From assembly GCA_963801815.1 (NCBI GenBank), contig CAWDGJ010000003.1, positions 160,001 through 224,000 of the forward strand: a DNA stretch of 64,000 nucleotides. The letters run 5' to 3'. The DNA comes from an uncultured Verrucomicrobiae bacterium. Lineage in GTDB: Bacteria > Verrucomicrobiota > Verrucomicrobiia > Chthoniobacterales > UBA10450. Position numbers and translations under genes: made by a program. This document shows positions 1 through 9,626 of the stretch, one piece after another. The notes beneath the pieces were generated by a model that saw nothing but the letters and a program-made list of their open reading frames with translations, made no database searches and was not told the origin of the DNA. Positions within the stretch are counted from its first letter, which is position 1. The number at the start of each line of letters is the position of its first letter.

Positions 1-222
1 CTTCTTCAGGGTTTCAACCCGAACTTCGCGCACGTCTCCACCGGCCCCGTAGATGGAAATCGAACCGTCGCGATTCGTCACGCTGATCGTTGGGGTGTTT
101 GAATCGACCGGATAACGCCGGTCGGACGTCTCCTCCAAGGTTGGATCATCCGGCGGTTGGCAACCGCCGAGCCAAAGAACGATCAACGATGCGCAAACGA
201 AACAAATTGTGACAGGCCGCAT
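1..222 (-). CDS. Lipoprotein, probably DUF4097 family beta-strand repeat protein (partial, runs off window)
   Basis: Hand translation from ATG at 222: MRPVTICFVCASLIVLWLGGCQPPDDPTLEETSDRRYPVDSNTPTISVTNRDGSISIYGAGGDVREVRVETLKK. Has a lipobox-like LGGC and an ISVTNRDGSISIYG segment resembling DUF4097 repeats. Confidence 0.6.
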   Translation of the reverse strand, partial: MRPVTICFVCASLIVLWLGGCQPPDDPTLEETSDRRYPVDSNTPTISVTNRDGSISIYGAGGDVREVRVETLKK

Positions 223-241
223 GTTTCCGCCGGAGCCTAGC

Positions 242-550
242 TCAAGCAGCGGGAAGTTGCAGGAAGTGAATGATGGCGCGAACGCTTTCAACGATTGCGC
301 TAGTCAGAATTGCCGTCAGGACCAGGAAGAACGCCGTCTCGGCCAGAAAATTCCGCCGTGCTTCGTGCTGAAAATAATCGCGGCTGATATCTAGAAATGA
401 TCGCGCCGAGATTCCGGTGGGGCCACCGTAATAACGATCAGGCGAGAACGACTGGTAATTGCAATCGATAAGCAGCGTTCGTCGCTGCCGCCACTCGGAC
501 GAAAATTCGCCATCGCTTCGGCGATTCGTCCTTTCAGCGATCGGTTTCAT
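242..550 (-). CDS. Small membrane protein, 'MKP' family paralog 1 (102 aa)
   Basis: Shares D-x-[ND]-Y-[QR] and F-x-D-I-S-R-D-Y-F-x-x-E motifs and a C-terminal hydrophobic helix with ORFs at 13890 and 21663. Confidence 0.8.
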   Translation of the reverse strand: MKPIAERTNRRSDGEFSSEWRQRRTLLIDCNYQSFSPDRYYGGPTGISARSFLDISRDYFQHEARRNFLAETAFFLVLTAILTSAIVESVRAIIHFLQLPAA

Positions 551-616
551 TTTGGCTTTCCATCTATTTAGACGCCGCCAATCTCGCCCTTGGGCTCAAT
601 TTCTCACAGATTCGGC

Positions 617-2152
617 TCAAATCCACAAGGTCCGATCAAACGTGCGGTATTGAATCGCTTCGCTGACGTGTTCCGGCAAGATGTCGATTTTGTCGTCCAG
701 GTCGGCGATCGTTCGCGAGACTTTCAGGATTCGATCGTAAGCGCGCGCGCTCAGATTGAGTTCGGTCATTGCGACCCGAATCAATTCCTGGGAGTCGGAG
801 CTCAATTTGCAATGCGCTTTCAGATGGCGCGTGGTCATGCGCGCGTTGCAGGTGGCTTTTGCGTCGCGCGCGAAACGGTCGTGTTGTTTTTGGCGCGCCC
901 GGGCGACTCGTTCGCGAATCGCAACCGAATATTCTTCGACGCGGTCGCTCGAAACATCTCGATATTCCACAGCCGGCACCTCGATGTGCAGATCGATCCG
1001 ATCGAGCAGGGGACCGGAAATTCTTTGGCGATAACGTTGAACTTGCACCGGACTGCACCGGCATTCGCGTTTGAGATCGCCAAAATATCCGCAGGGGCAG
1101 GGGTTCATCGCCGCGACGAGCATGAACTCACTCGGAAAAGTTAGACTGCCGGCCGCCCGGGAGATCGTGACTTTCCCATCCTCGAGCGGCTGGCGCATCA
1201 CTTCCAGGGCCGATCGTTTGAATTCTGGCAGCTCGTCGAGAAACAGCACACCGTTGTGGGCCAGACTAACTTCGCCCGGAGTGGGAAACGCCCCGCCTCC
1301 GAGCAGTCCGATGTCGCTGATCGTGTGATGCGGCGAGCGAAACGGCCGCGTCGCGACGAACGATTTTTCGCCGTCGAGAAATCCGGCAATGCTGTGAATC
1401 TTGGTGGTGTCGATTGCTTCCTCGAGCGACATCGGTGGAATAATGGTCGCAATCCGCTTGGACAACATCGATTTCCCGGAACCGGGCGGGCCAATCATCA
1501 GAATGTTGTGACCGCCAGCGACTGCGACTTCGATCGCGCGTTTTACATGACGCTGGCCTTTCACGTCGGAGAAATCGACGTCGTAAGTTTGGTGGGTTGC
1601 GAAAAATCCGGTGAGATCGCCGCGTATTGGAAGAAGCGGAACTTCGCCGCGCAGAAATTGGAACGTCTCGCGGAGATTATGGACACCGTAGATGTCGATC
1701 TTGCTGACCATCGCCGCTTCGAGCGCATTCGCCGCGGGCACGAACAACGCCTGCTTTCCGCGACGGCGTGCTTCCAAAGCGACTGGAAGCACGCCTTTGG
1801 TGGGCCGGACACTGCCATTCAACGCGAGCTCGCCCACAAAACTAAACTTTTCCCACGGTGACGTGTTCAGTTCTTCGCCGACTGCAACCATGCCGAGGGC
1901 GATCGGCAGATCGAAGCTTGGTCCCTCTTTCTTAATATCCGCCGGCGCGAGATTTATCGTGGTCCGTTTGCGAGACGCCCGATACCCGCTGTTCGCAATG
2001 GCGGTCCAGACCCGGTCCCGGCTCTCTTTCACTGCCACATCCGGCAAGCCGACAATGACCATTACTGGCTTGCCGGCCCCGGCGTTAACCTCGATTTCAA
2101 CCTCGTAGGCATCAACGCCATAGACCGCCGCAGAATAAATCTTGGCCAGCAT
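617..2152 (-). CDS. comM: YifB/ComM family Mg-chelatase-like AAA+ ATPase
   Basis: [36 protein letters not shown], Walker [54 protein letters not shown]. Confidence 0.93.
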   Translation of the reverse strand: MLAKIYSAAVYGVDAYEVEIEVNAGAGKPVMVIVGLPDVAVKESRDRVWTAIANSGYRASRKRTTINLAPADIKKEGPSFDLPIALGMVAVGEELNTSPWEKFSFVGELALNGSVRPTKGVLPVALEARRRGKQALFVPAANALEAAMVSKIDIYGVHNLRETFQFLRGEVPLLPIRGDLTGFFATHQTYDVDFSDVKGQRHVKRAIEVAVAGGHNILMIGPPGSGKSMLSKRIATIIPPMSLEEAIDTTKIHSIAGFLDGEKSFVATRPFRSPHHTISDIGLLGGGAFPTPGEVSLAHNGVLFLDELPEFKRSALEVMRQPLEDGKVTISRAAGSLTFPSEFMLVAAMNPCPCGYFGDLKRECRCSPVQVQRYRQRISGPLLDRIDLHIEVPAVEYRDVSSDRVEEYSVAIRERVARARQKQHDRFARDAKATCNARMTTRHLKAHCKLSSDSQELIRVAMTELNLSARAYDRILKVSRTIADLDDKIDILPEHVSEAIQYRTFDRTLWI

Positions 2153-2429
2153 GGGGGGAACCGTTCTTTATTAAGAGTGGCAAAAAGCCGCGGGTCGGAA
2201 AAGAGACAAAATCAGGCGAGTTTTGACCGTCAATCCTATGGAAAATCCCGCCTCGGAATCTTTTGAGAAAGTTTGAACAAAGCTCCGCGTATAACTGTCA
2301 GTATTCCGAATATTTAACCTTGTTAAGTAGTTTCCCTGATGTTAAGAAATCCGATTAAGGAGCCAGCTACGAACACAAAAGCCGGCAAATGGTCGGTTCA
2401 GCCCCCAGTTTCCCATGAAGAGAGGTTAT

Positions 2430-3284
2430 ATGGCCGCCGAAGATAGCGATACCGGAATAAAAATTTACCTGCGCGAGATCGGGCAAATCCCGCTCTTGAC
2501 GCCGCAACAGGAGATTGAACTCGCCGCCAAGATCAAAAAGGGCGATCGGGAGGCGCGCGCGCTCATGATTCGGTCCAACTTGCGACTCGTGGTCAAGATT
2601 GCCCACGATTACGCCAACCTCGGGCTTCCGTTGTTGGACCTGATTTCCGAAGGCAACATCGGTTTGATGAAAGCCGTTGAGCGTTTTGATCCCGCCAAGG
2701 GTGGAAAGCTCAGCACTTACGCCGCGTGGTGGATCAAACAATCGATCAAGCGCGCGTTGGCGAACCAGTCGAAAACTATCCGGTTGCCGGTTCATCTCGT
2801 GGACAAGATTTCCAAGATGCGCCGCGTCTCGTTGCAGATGAGCGAAGAGCTCGGCCGCGAGCCAACGGACGATGAGCTCGGCGAAGAAATTGGAATTGCT
2901 TCCGGAAAAGTTTCGCAATTGAAGACGGTTTCGATTCGTCCGGCTTCACTCGACGCGCCAATCAGTGACGACGATTCCACCGAGTTCGGCGAGATTGTTG
3001 GCGATGAGGACGCGCAAACGCCATTTGAGCTCTTGCGAGACAAGAATCTGCGCAACGAAGTCGGCGGCTTGCTCGATGTGCTCGATGATCGCGAGAAGAA
3101 AATCATTTTCCAGCGCTTCGGGCTCGACGGCGGAAAACCCAAGACGCTCGAGGAAGTTGGCAAGAAATTTGGCGTCACTCGCGAGCGCATTCGTCAGCTG
3201 CAAAACATTGCGTTGTCGAAGCTCCGCCGCGCTTTGAGCAAAAAGGAAAAGCCCGTCGACGTTGAGCTACCGGTCGAAGCCTAA
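2430..3284 (+). CDS. RNA polymerase sigma-70 factor, RpoD/RpoS-like, lacking region 1.1
   Basis: YLREIGQIPLLT (1.2), NLRLVVKIA, DLISEGNIGLMKAVERFDP, STYAAWWIKQSI, TLEEVGKKFGVTRERIRQ. Start taken at ATG 2430 after GAGG; the ORF track starts at 2415. Confidence 0.93.
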   Translation: MAAEDSDTGIKIYLREIGQIPLLTPQQEIELAAKIKKGDREARALMIRSNLRLVVKIAHDYANLGLPLLDLISEGNIGLMKAVERFDPAKGGKLSTYAAWWIKQSIKRALANQSKTIRLPVHLVDKISKMRRVSLQMSEELGREPTDDELGEEIGIASGKVSQLKTVSIRPASLDAPISDDDSTEFGEIVGDEDAQTPFELLRDKNLRNEVGGLLDVLDDREKKIIFQRFGLDGGKPKTLEEVGKKFGVTRERIRQLQNIALSKLRRALSKKEKPVDVELPVEA

Positions 3285-3307
3285 CGCTAAATCGATATCG
3301 TATTTTG

Positions 3308-3337
3308 AAAACGCGCGGAGAAATTCGCGCGTTTTTT
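3308..3337. terminator. Probable bidirectional intrinsic terminator between convergent sigma factor and pyk
   Basis: AAAACGCGCG-gagaaatt-CGCGCGTTTTTT stem-loop flanked by A and T runs. Confidence 0.7.
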
Positions 3338-4739
3338 ACTTTACCGTCCGCAACAGGACACAATCAACGCGTTCGCCCCGAGCTTGCACGTCGCTGATAA
3401 CAACGAGGTTGTCGCCTGGTGCGATCAGCTTTTCCTCGCGCAAGTGTTTGGCTGCTGTTTCGATGGTCTGATTTGGATCATCACTGAATTCGATTCGTTG
3501 CGAGCACACGCCCCAGCAGATCGATAATTGTTGCCGCACTTTTTCGCTCGGAGTGAATGCGAATATAGTGGAGTGCTGAGGGCGGAGGTTGGAGGTGTTG
3601 CGTGCCATCGTTCCGTGTCTTGTGAAAACGATGAGCTTCGAACGAGTAAGGGAATTGGCCAGTACGACTGCTGCGGACACGGTTTTTTGTCGATTATCCT
3701 CCAGGATCGCATCCTTGGCATAACCGGCTCCGCCACTTCTCTCAATCCGAGTCGCCACCCGGTTCAAGACCTCAACACACTCGACTGGATAACGGCCGAC
3801 ACTGGTTTCGCCGCTCAACATGATCGCGTCCGCTTGTTCAAATACTGCGTTGGCGACATCGGTAATCTCAGCACGCGTCGGCACGCGATTGTTGATCATC
3901 GATTCCAGCATGTGCGTCGCCACTACCACCGGTTTGCCGAGCCGAATGCAACTCTTGACGATTCGCCGTTGAATGATTGGCAATTCCTCCATCGGCACTT
4001 CGATCCCAAGATCTCCGCGCGCGATCATGACCAGGTCGGCAGTCTTAATAATGTCGTCTATCGATTCGACCGCCGATTGATCTTCAATCTTCGCCAACAC
4101 GCAGGCTTGGCTGTTCTTGCGGACCAGCAAGTTTCGAAGCTCTATCAGGTCGTGCGGTTTGCGAACAAAGCTTAGAGCTACAAAATCGACCCCGAGTTCC
4201 GCGCCGAGCGAGACATCCGCGATGTCCTTCTTTGTCAGGGCCGGCAGACTGACATGGACGCCGGGCAAATTGATATGACGTCGCGATCCCAACGACGCTG
4301 GAGTCACTACCTTGCATAGGACGCGATTCTTTTTCTTTTCAACGACAACAAGCTTAATTAGTCCATTGTCCACCAGGACCGTGTCCCCGGCGCTGACGTC
4401 ATCGACGAACCCGGCGTAGTTGACAGTGATTGATTTCTTTTGCGTTTTCTTCGCGCCTCGAACAGTGAATTCGATGATCTCGTCCTTCTTAAGCTCCAGC
4501 GGCGTCTTAAGGGGACCGGTGCGAATCGCCGGCCCCTGGGTATCGAGCAGGATTCCAATCGGGCGAGAGGCTTCTTTCGAGAGCTTGCGAATGCGCGGAA
4601 CGATCTGCCGAACCCATTCGTGTTGCGCGTGGCTCATGTTCAAACGGAAAACGTCCGCGCCGCGCTCGATCAATTGGCGAATCGTTTCGACCTTTTCAGT
4701 GGCCGGGCCAAGTGTGCAGATGATTTTTGTCTTCCGCAT
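3336..4739 (-). CDS. pyk: Pyruvate kinase
   Basis: RKTKIICTLGPAT, FRLNMSH, DTQGPAIRTG, AKIE, MIARGDLGIE, ATHMLESM, DAIMLSGETSVGRYP. Confidence 0.97.
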   Translation of the reverse strand: MRKTKIICTLGPATEKVETIRQLIERGADVFRLNMSHAQHEWVRQIVPRIRKLSKEASRPIGILLDTQGPAIRTGPLKTPLELKKDEIIEFTVRGAKKTQKKSITVNYAGFVDDVSAGDTVLVDNGLIKLVVVEKKKNRVLCKVVTPASLGSRRHINLPGVHVSLPALTKKDIADVSLGAELGVDFVALSFVRKPHDLIELRNLLVRKNSQACVLAKIEDQSAVESIDDIIKTADLVMIARGDLGIEVPMEELPIIQRRIVKSCIRLGKPVVVATHMLESMINNRVPTRAEITDVANAVFEQADAIMLSGETSVGRYPVECVEVLNRVATRIERSGGAGYAKDAILEDNRQKTVSAAVVLANSLTRSKLIVFTRHGTMARNTSNLRPQHSTIFAFTPSEKVRQQLSICWGVCSQRIEFSDDPNQTIETAAKHLREEKLIAPGDNLVVISDVQARGERVDCVLLRTVK

Positions 4740-4780
4740 TTCTCAAACCCTGTAGGGTCGCTTCGCCTGAATGCAAAGCC

Positions 4781-4818
4781 AAAAAAAAGCGGCACACCGA
4801 TGAGAGCGTACCGCTTTT
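4781..4818 (-). terminator. Probable intrinsic terminator downstream of the DUF4142 gene
   Basis: AAAAGCGG...CCGCTTTT stem with an A8 run that reads as a U tract on the minus strand. Confidence 0.55.
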
Positions 4819-4841
4819 AGTATAAAAGTGAGCCGGCGACG

Positions 4842-5408
4842 TTATTTCAGCTTCGCTTGGGTCTCCTGAGCTAGCTTGAGATGAGTACTGACCATCTTCG
4901 CCCCTTTGGCCGCAAATGCCTTCACGTCCGGATCGGTTCCGCTTTGCGCTTCCTTTTGGAACTCTCCCAGGTCTTCCTGGTGATCTTTAACCATCATGTT
5001 CATGTAGTCCTTGTCCGATTTCCATTTCCCGGCTGATTTCGCGCTCGGAAGCGAAACGCCGTCCTGCTTGGCGAGCGCCATCAACTCGCTATTCGCCTTG
5101 GAGTGGTCGGTCACCATTCGGTTACCGAACTTTTTCACATCGGCGCTTTGACCATTCTGGGCGGCCATTTTGCCCATCTCGACTTCCATCATCCCGCCTT
5201 TGGCTGCGTTCATCATGAACGTTTTGTCCGCGGCACTGAGTTTGCCTCCCGCTGTCGCGGCGTTAGGTTTTGCTGTTGGAGCGTTCGAATTCGCTCCGGT
5301 TCGCAACGGAGGGTACTGGTTCAACGCGCTGGCTGTGTTAACCAGGCTAAGCGCGGCAACTGCCAGTGCCACAACTAAGAATCGTGAGATTATAAGATTA
5401 ATTTTCAT
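4842..5408 (-). CDS. DUF4142 domain secreted protein
   Basis: Signal peptide then LSAADKTFMMNAAKGGMMEVEMGKMA...VKKFGNRMVTDHSKANSEL...YMNMMVKDHQED...VKAFA...HLKLAQ. Confidence 0.85.
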   Translation of the reverse strand: MKINLIISRFLVVALAVAALSLVNTASALNQYPPLRTGANSNAPTAKPNAATAGGKLSAADKTFMMNAAKGGMMEVEMGKMAAQNGQSADVKKFGNRMVTDHSKANSELMALAKQDGVSLPSAKSAGKWKSDKDYMNMMVKDHQEDLGEFQKEAQSGTDPDVKAFAAKGAKMVSTHLKLAQETQAKLK

Positions 5409-5565
5409 ATGTTTTGCAGGTAACAATTCCGCAATCCGGCATCAGAGATTCGCATATTGACACAATCTTGGATGTAAGTGCAAGCCGGCGATAATACTGC
5501 AAAAGCTCGTAGTTTCTCCCCGAAAATTCCCTTGCTAGTGCTGGCGACACGACCTTTCCTCTCGT

Positions 5566-6231
5566 TCAGCGACGTCCTTCCACGTCTTTTTCCTTGATCG
5601 GTTCTCGATAGCTCCTGGCTTCGGTCCAACCGCCGGCGGTCATCGCGGCGCGCGCCGACGCATCTTTTCCCATTCGCACTGCCACCGCATCGAGCGGGTC
5701 GATCTCAGTAATTCGATTGCAAACTTCGACCTCTTGTTCGCTTTGCCCCATCTGATGATGAAGCCGGCCGAGCTCGTGTAGCAATCTCACGTCGCGCGGA
5801 TTTTCTTCGAGCAACGTGCGGACCGCGAACAAGCCGATCTCCAGCCATCCGGCCGCTATCGCAGCATCCTTCAACACCAGGTTCGCCTGGCGATTGTAAG
5901 GCTCTTTTTCCAAAACTTTCTCGATCATCTCGACCGCGCGCCGCGGAGCTTTCTTGATTTCGCGCTGCGCTTTCATAACTGCGATCGGCGCTGTCGAAAT
6001 ATTGAAGAAACTTTTCTTCCGGGCTTTTTGTTTTGTTACCTCGGCGCGCCGCAAAAGCTGCCGACCGGTTAAAAATTCCGGCTCCTGTTTCAGGATTCCC
6101 TGCAACAACGAGATGGCGTACCCAAAATTCCGCAGCTCCATCGCTGCAAGCGCCTTCAGCCAAAGCGCGTGCTGACTTTCGTTTAGGGCCTTCTCGGTCT
6201 TGACTGACATAGGGGGGACTTGCGACGTCAC
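5566..6231 (-). CDS. Tetratricopeptide repeat-like protein
   Basis: Helical repeats such as YAISLLQGILKQEP, AVEMIEKVLEKEPYN, LLEENPRDVRLLHELG, ITEIDPLD. Start may be ATG 6210. Confidence 0.7.
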   Translation of the reverse strand: MTSQVPPMSVKTEKALNESQHALWLKALAAMELRNFGYAISLLQGILKQEPEFLTGRQLLRRAEVTKQKARKKSFFNISTAPIAVMKAQREIKKAPRRAVEMIEKVLEKEPYNRQANLVLKDAAIAAGWLEIGLFAVRTLLEENPRDVRLLHELGRLHHQMGQSEQEVEVCNRITEIDPLDAVAVRMGKDASARAAMTAGGWTEARSYREPIKEKDVEGRR

Positions 6232-6266
6232 TATAAGCTCTCGCGCGTCGTAGGTCAGCGAAAAAG

Positions 6267-6335
6267 GTAGGGGCGATTGCCCTCAAGCGCCCGCAATATC
6301 ACGCCAGGTTAGACTGCTCGTTGAATCGCCTCTAC
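6267..6335. repeat. GTAG-type REP doublet (inverted) just downstream of mutS
   Basis: GTAGGGGCGATT at 6267 and AATCGCCTCTAC ending at 6335 (reverse complement GTAGAGGCGATT). Confidence 0.6.
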
Positions 6336-8884
6336 TACAGCAGATCCAGCTGTGGCTTTTCCGATTCCGGCATGCCTTTCGCGCTCGATCGTTTTCGTTT
6401 CGGTTTTTCCTGCGCTGTGGCTCCGTTCGGATTTTCCAAGTGCGCGAGAATTTCCTTTGCGCGGTCGAGGATTTCTTTTGGCAAACCGGCCAGGCGCGCG
6501 ACCTGGATGCCGTAGCTTTTGTCCGCGCCGCCGGGAATGATTTTGCGCAGAAAGATGATCTGCTCGTTCCACTCGCGGACGGCGACGTTGAGATTGCAAA
6601 CGCCTTTGCGCTCCGACGCGAGTTTGGTCAGTTCATGATAATGGGTGGCGAACAGCGTCCGCGCCTTGATCTTGTCGTGCAAAAACTCCGCTACGCTCCA
6701 GGCAATCGAAAGTCCGTCGAAGGTCGATGTTCCGCGCCCAATCTCGTCGAGAATCACCAGACTCCGGTCAGTTGCATTGTTCACGATGTTCGACGTCTCG
6801 TTCATCTCGACCATGAAGGTGGATTGACCGCGCGCGAGATCATCGTTCGCGCCGACGCGGGTGAAAATGCGATCGACCAACCCGACTTCGGAGCTCGCGG
6901 CCGGAACAAAACTTCCGGTTTGCGCCATCAACACAATCAGCGCGACTTGCCGGATGTAGGTCGACTTGCCGGCCATGTTCGGTCCGGTCACGATCGCCAG
7001 ACGAACATTTTCGCCATCCAACGTCGTGTCATTTGGGACGAACTTTTCTTCCACGAGATTCTGGTCGAGCACGGGATGCCGGCCGTCTTTGATGACCAGC
7101 CTCAATGAATCGTTCAACGTCGGCCGACAGTAGTTGAAGAGCCGCGCTGTCTCTGCCAGCGAACAAATTGCATCCAGAGTCGCGATTGAGTCTGCGGTCC
7201 GCTGAATCGGTGCTAATTCGCGCAGTGTTTCGTCGCGTATTTTTTGGAAAAGCTCGTACTCGAGATTTCGCGCCCGCTCATCCGCACCGAGAATCTTACC
7301 CTCCATTTCCTTCAGCTCCGGTGTAATGAAACGTTCGCCCCCGACGGTCGTCTGTTTCCTGGTGTAATGCTCTGGAACGCTCGCGAGGTTGGACTTGGTA
7401 ACCTCGATGAAATAACCGAACACCGAATTGTAACGGACCTTGAGCGATTTGATCCCGGTCGCGACGATCTCGCGCTCCTGCAATTGGCTGATCCAGTTTT
7501 TTCCCTCGCGCGACGCGGCCCGGAGCTGGTCAAGGTCGGCATCGTAACCGTCACGGAAAATTCCGCCTTCTTTCAAGGGCAGCGGCGGATCATTCATCAG
7601 CGCCTTGCTCAATTTCTCCGCAAGAGCAGGCATTTCCTGGATTTCGTTCTGTAGTCGTTGTTGTAGAGGCAGGCGTGCCGCCTGCTCCCTTGGTAAGTTT
7701 GCAGCCGGTACGGCTGCCTCTACAGAAGAACTTTCGCGACCGAAGCTCATCCGATCGATGAGTTTGGCCACCTCGGTTTTTAATTTTGGAATTTGCTCGA
7801 GCGACGCTTTTAATGAAACCAGGTCGCGGGCATTGCCGGACGCCTGGCTCAATCGCCCCACGGCGCGTTCAACGTCGCGGATCGATTTCAATTCGGTTCG
7901 AATCGAAGCCAACAGATCTGGCTCCTGCAACAAGTCGGCGATCATTTGCTGCCGGCAGCCGAGTTCAGTCAGGTCGCGCAGCGGCTGCAGGATCCACGAG
8001 CGCAATTTACGCGCGCCCATCGGGGTCATGGTTCGATCCAGCACTGCGAGCAAACTCGTGTCCCGTGTGCCTCGTGATTCCACCAGTTCCAGATTTCCCT
8101 GCGTTGCCGCGTCGAGCAGAACGTAATCGCTCGGCGCGTCGCACTTCAGTGAGCCAAGGTGATCGATCTTTCGCCGCAGCTGGTGCTTTAAATAATGAAC
8201 GATGGCGCCCGCGGCTGCGATCGCTTGCGACAGGTGCGCGCAGCCAAAGCCGTCGAGCGATTTGACCTGAAAATGTTCGCACAAAGTAAACGTCGCGTGT
8301 TCCGGCAGAAACGCGTAACTGTCGTACTCGAGTGCGTGATCGATTTGACCTAACGAATCACTTTGCTCGGCGCTGACGAGCAATTCCGACGGCGAAACGC
8401 GCGCCAGCTCGTCCAGGAGCGCTTGTCGATCCTGCAATTGGGTCAGCCTGAACTCTCCGGTCGTGAGATCGGCATAGGCGAAACCAAACATGTCGTTGCC
8501 GGCGAAGACCGCGCCGAGATAATTTGCGCGCTTCGCATCGAGCAGATGCAATTCGCTGACCGTGCCAGCGGTGATGATTTGCGTAATGTCGCGCGAAACG
8601 ATTTTGCCCGGCTGAGGCTCGCTGGTTTGATCGCAAATCGCGACGCGCCGGCCTGCTTTGATGAGTTTGGCGATATAAGTCTGCGCGGCGTGAAAGGGCA
8701 CGCCGCACATCGGCACCTGGTTGCGTTTGGTGAGAGCGACGTTGAGCAGAACGGACGCTTCCTTCGCATCTTCAAAAAACAGTTCGTAAAAATCGCCGAG
8801 TCGAAACAGCAGGAGCGTATCGGCGGGAATACTTTTCCGCAGCCGCTGATATTGTTGCATCATGGGGGTGAGCGCATCCTGCAT
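6335..8884 (-). CDS. mutS: DNA mismatch repair protein MutS
   Basis: TPMMQQY, FRLGDFYELFFEDA, PMCGVP, GPNMAGKSTYIRQ, DRIFTRVGA, STFMVEM, DEIGRGTSTFDG, FATHYHEL, C-terminal clamp-binding-like QLDLL. Start at ATG 8884; the ORF track extends to 9043. Confidence 0.97.
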   Translation of the reverse strand: MQDALTPMMQQYQRLRKSIPADTLLLFRLGDFYELFFEDAKEASVLLNVALTKRNQVPMCGVPFHAAQTYIAKLIKAGRRVAICDQTSEPQPGKIVSRDITQIITAGTVSELHLLDAKRANYLGAVFAGNDMFGFAYADLTTGEFRLTQLQDRQALLDELARVSPSELLVSAEQSDSLGQIDHALEYDSYAFLPEHATFTLCEHFQVKSLDGFGCAHLSQAIAAAGAIVHYLKHQLRRKIDHLGSLKCDAPSDYVLLDAATQGNLELVESRGTRDTSLLAVLDRTMTPMGARKLRSWILQPLRDLTELGCRQQMIADLLQEPDLLASIRTELKSIRDVERAVGRLSQASGNARDLVSLKASLEQIPKLKTEVAKLIDRMSFGRESSSVEAAVPAANLPREQAARLPLQQRLQNEIQEMPALAEKLSKALMNDPPLPLKEGGIFRDGYDADLDQLRAASREGKNWISQLQEREIVATGIKSLKVRYNSVFGYFIEVTKSNLASVPEHYTRKQTTVGGERFITPELKEMEGKILGADERARNLEYELFQKIRDETLRELAPIQRTADSIATLDAICSLAETARLFNYCRPTLNDSLRLVIKDGRHPVLDQNLVEEKFVPNDTTLDGENVRLAIVTGPNMAGKSTYIRQVALIVLMAQTGSFVPAASSEVGLVDRIFTRVGANDDLARGQSTFMVEMNETSNIVNNATDRSLVILDEIGRGTSTFDGLSIAWSVAEFLHDKIKARTLFATHYHELTKLASERKGVCNLNVAVREWNEQIIFLRKIIPGGADKSYGIQVARLAGLPKEILDRAKEILAHLENPNGATAQEKPKRKRSSAKGMPESEKPQLDLL
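7662..7724. repeat. 63-bp REP doublet (REPIN-like) inside the mutS coding sequence, frame-preserving
   Basis: TGTAGAGGCAGGCGTGCCGCCTGC (7662-7685) and GCAGCCGGTACGGCTGCCTCTACA (7701-7724) are inverted copies, 21/24 identical, each with its own 7-bp hairpin. Confidence 0.8.
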
Positions 8885-9126
8885 CACTGAATCATGCAGG
8901 ATAATAGGCTTTGGGAAAAGCCTGTTGAACAAATCAGGAAGGGAGCGAGCGGGACGAGCGACATAGAAGGTAAAGCTGCGAGGGTAGCAGCGAGCACGCG
9001 CGGGTAGCGTGCGAGTTTCAACCCATGGAAACCAGGAATTCAAATTGTGGTGTCGAGAAAGACAAAAACGCGCCTCATTGATTTAGACGTTGGACGTTCG
9101 GCTTTCGATGTTCCACGTTTTGCTAC

Positions 9127-9624
9127 ATGTCGCACCCATTCAAGATCCGACTCGCGACGCGTACCGATCTCGATGTGATCAGTGATCACCGCGCTCGGAT
9201 GTTCACGGACATGGGGGAACTTTCCTCGGAACAATTCGAAACCTTTCGCGCTCAATCTAAAGACACACTTCATTCAATGATTGAGCGCAATCAATATGTC
9301 GGCTGGCTGGCCAGTCCTCACGATGAACCCGGCAACATTGTCGCGGGCGCAGGCGTGACCCTGCGCGAGGTCGCGCCCCATCCACAACCGAATGCGCTCG
9401 GAAAGTTCGAGATTGTTTCGGGCCAGCAGGCGATCATCCAAAATGTTTACACCGAGCCCGCATGGCGGCGTCGCGGTCTTGGCACATTGTTGATGAAAGA
9501 AATCATCGCCTGGTCGCGCAAGACCGGAATCGATTCGCTTGTTCTGCACGCGTCGGACGAAGGGCGTGCGCTGTACGAGAAACTCGGGTTCGTTGCAACG
9601 ACCGAGATGAGATTCAAAGGCTAA
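9127..9624 (+). CDS. GNAT family N-acetyltransferase
   Basis: IRLAT N-terminus, NVYTEPAWRRRGLGTLL acetyl-CoA motif A, LHASDEGRALYEKLGF. Confidence 0.9.
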   Translation: MSHPFKIRLATRTDLDVISDHRARMFTDMGELSSEQFETFRAQSKDTLHSMIERNQYVGWLASPHDEPGNIVAGAGVTLREVAPHPQPNALGKFEIVSGQQAIIQNVYTEPAWRRRGLGTLLMKEIIAWSRKTGIDSLVLHASDEGRALYEKLGFVATTEMRFKG

Positions 9625-9626
9625 CG

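Noticed and set aside
2178..2192. TGGCAAAAAGCCGC upstream of the sigma factor as a sigma-54 promoter
   Set aside because: GC is not at the required distance and the -12 element is poor.
8885..9043. 53-aa N-terminal extension of MutS in the ORF track
   Set aside because: MutS similarity begins at MQDALTPMMQQY (ATG 8884); the extension runs through repeat-rich intergenic DNA.
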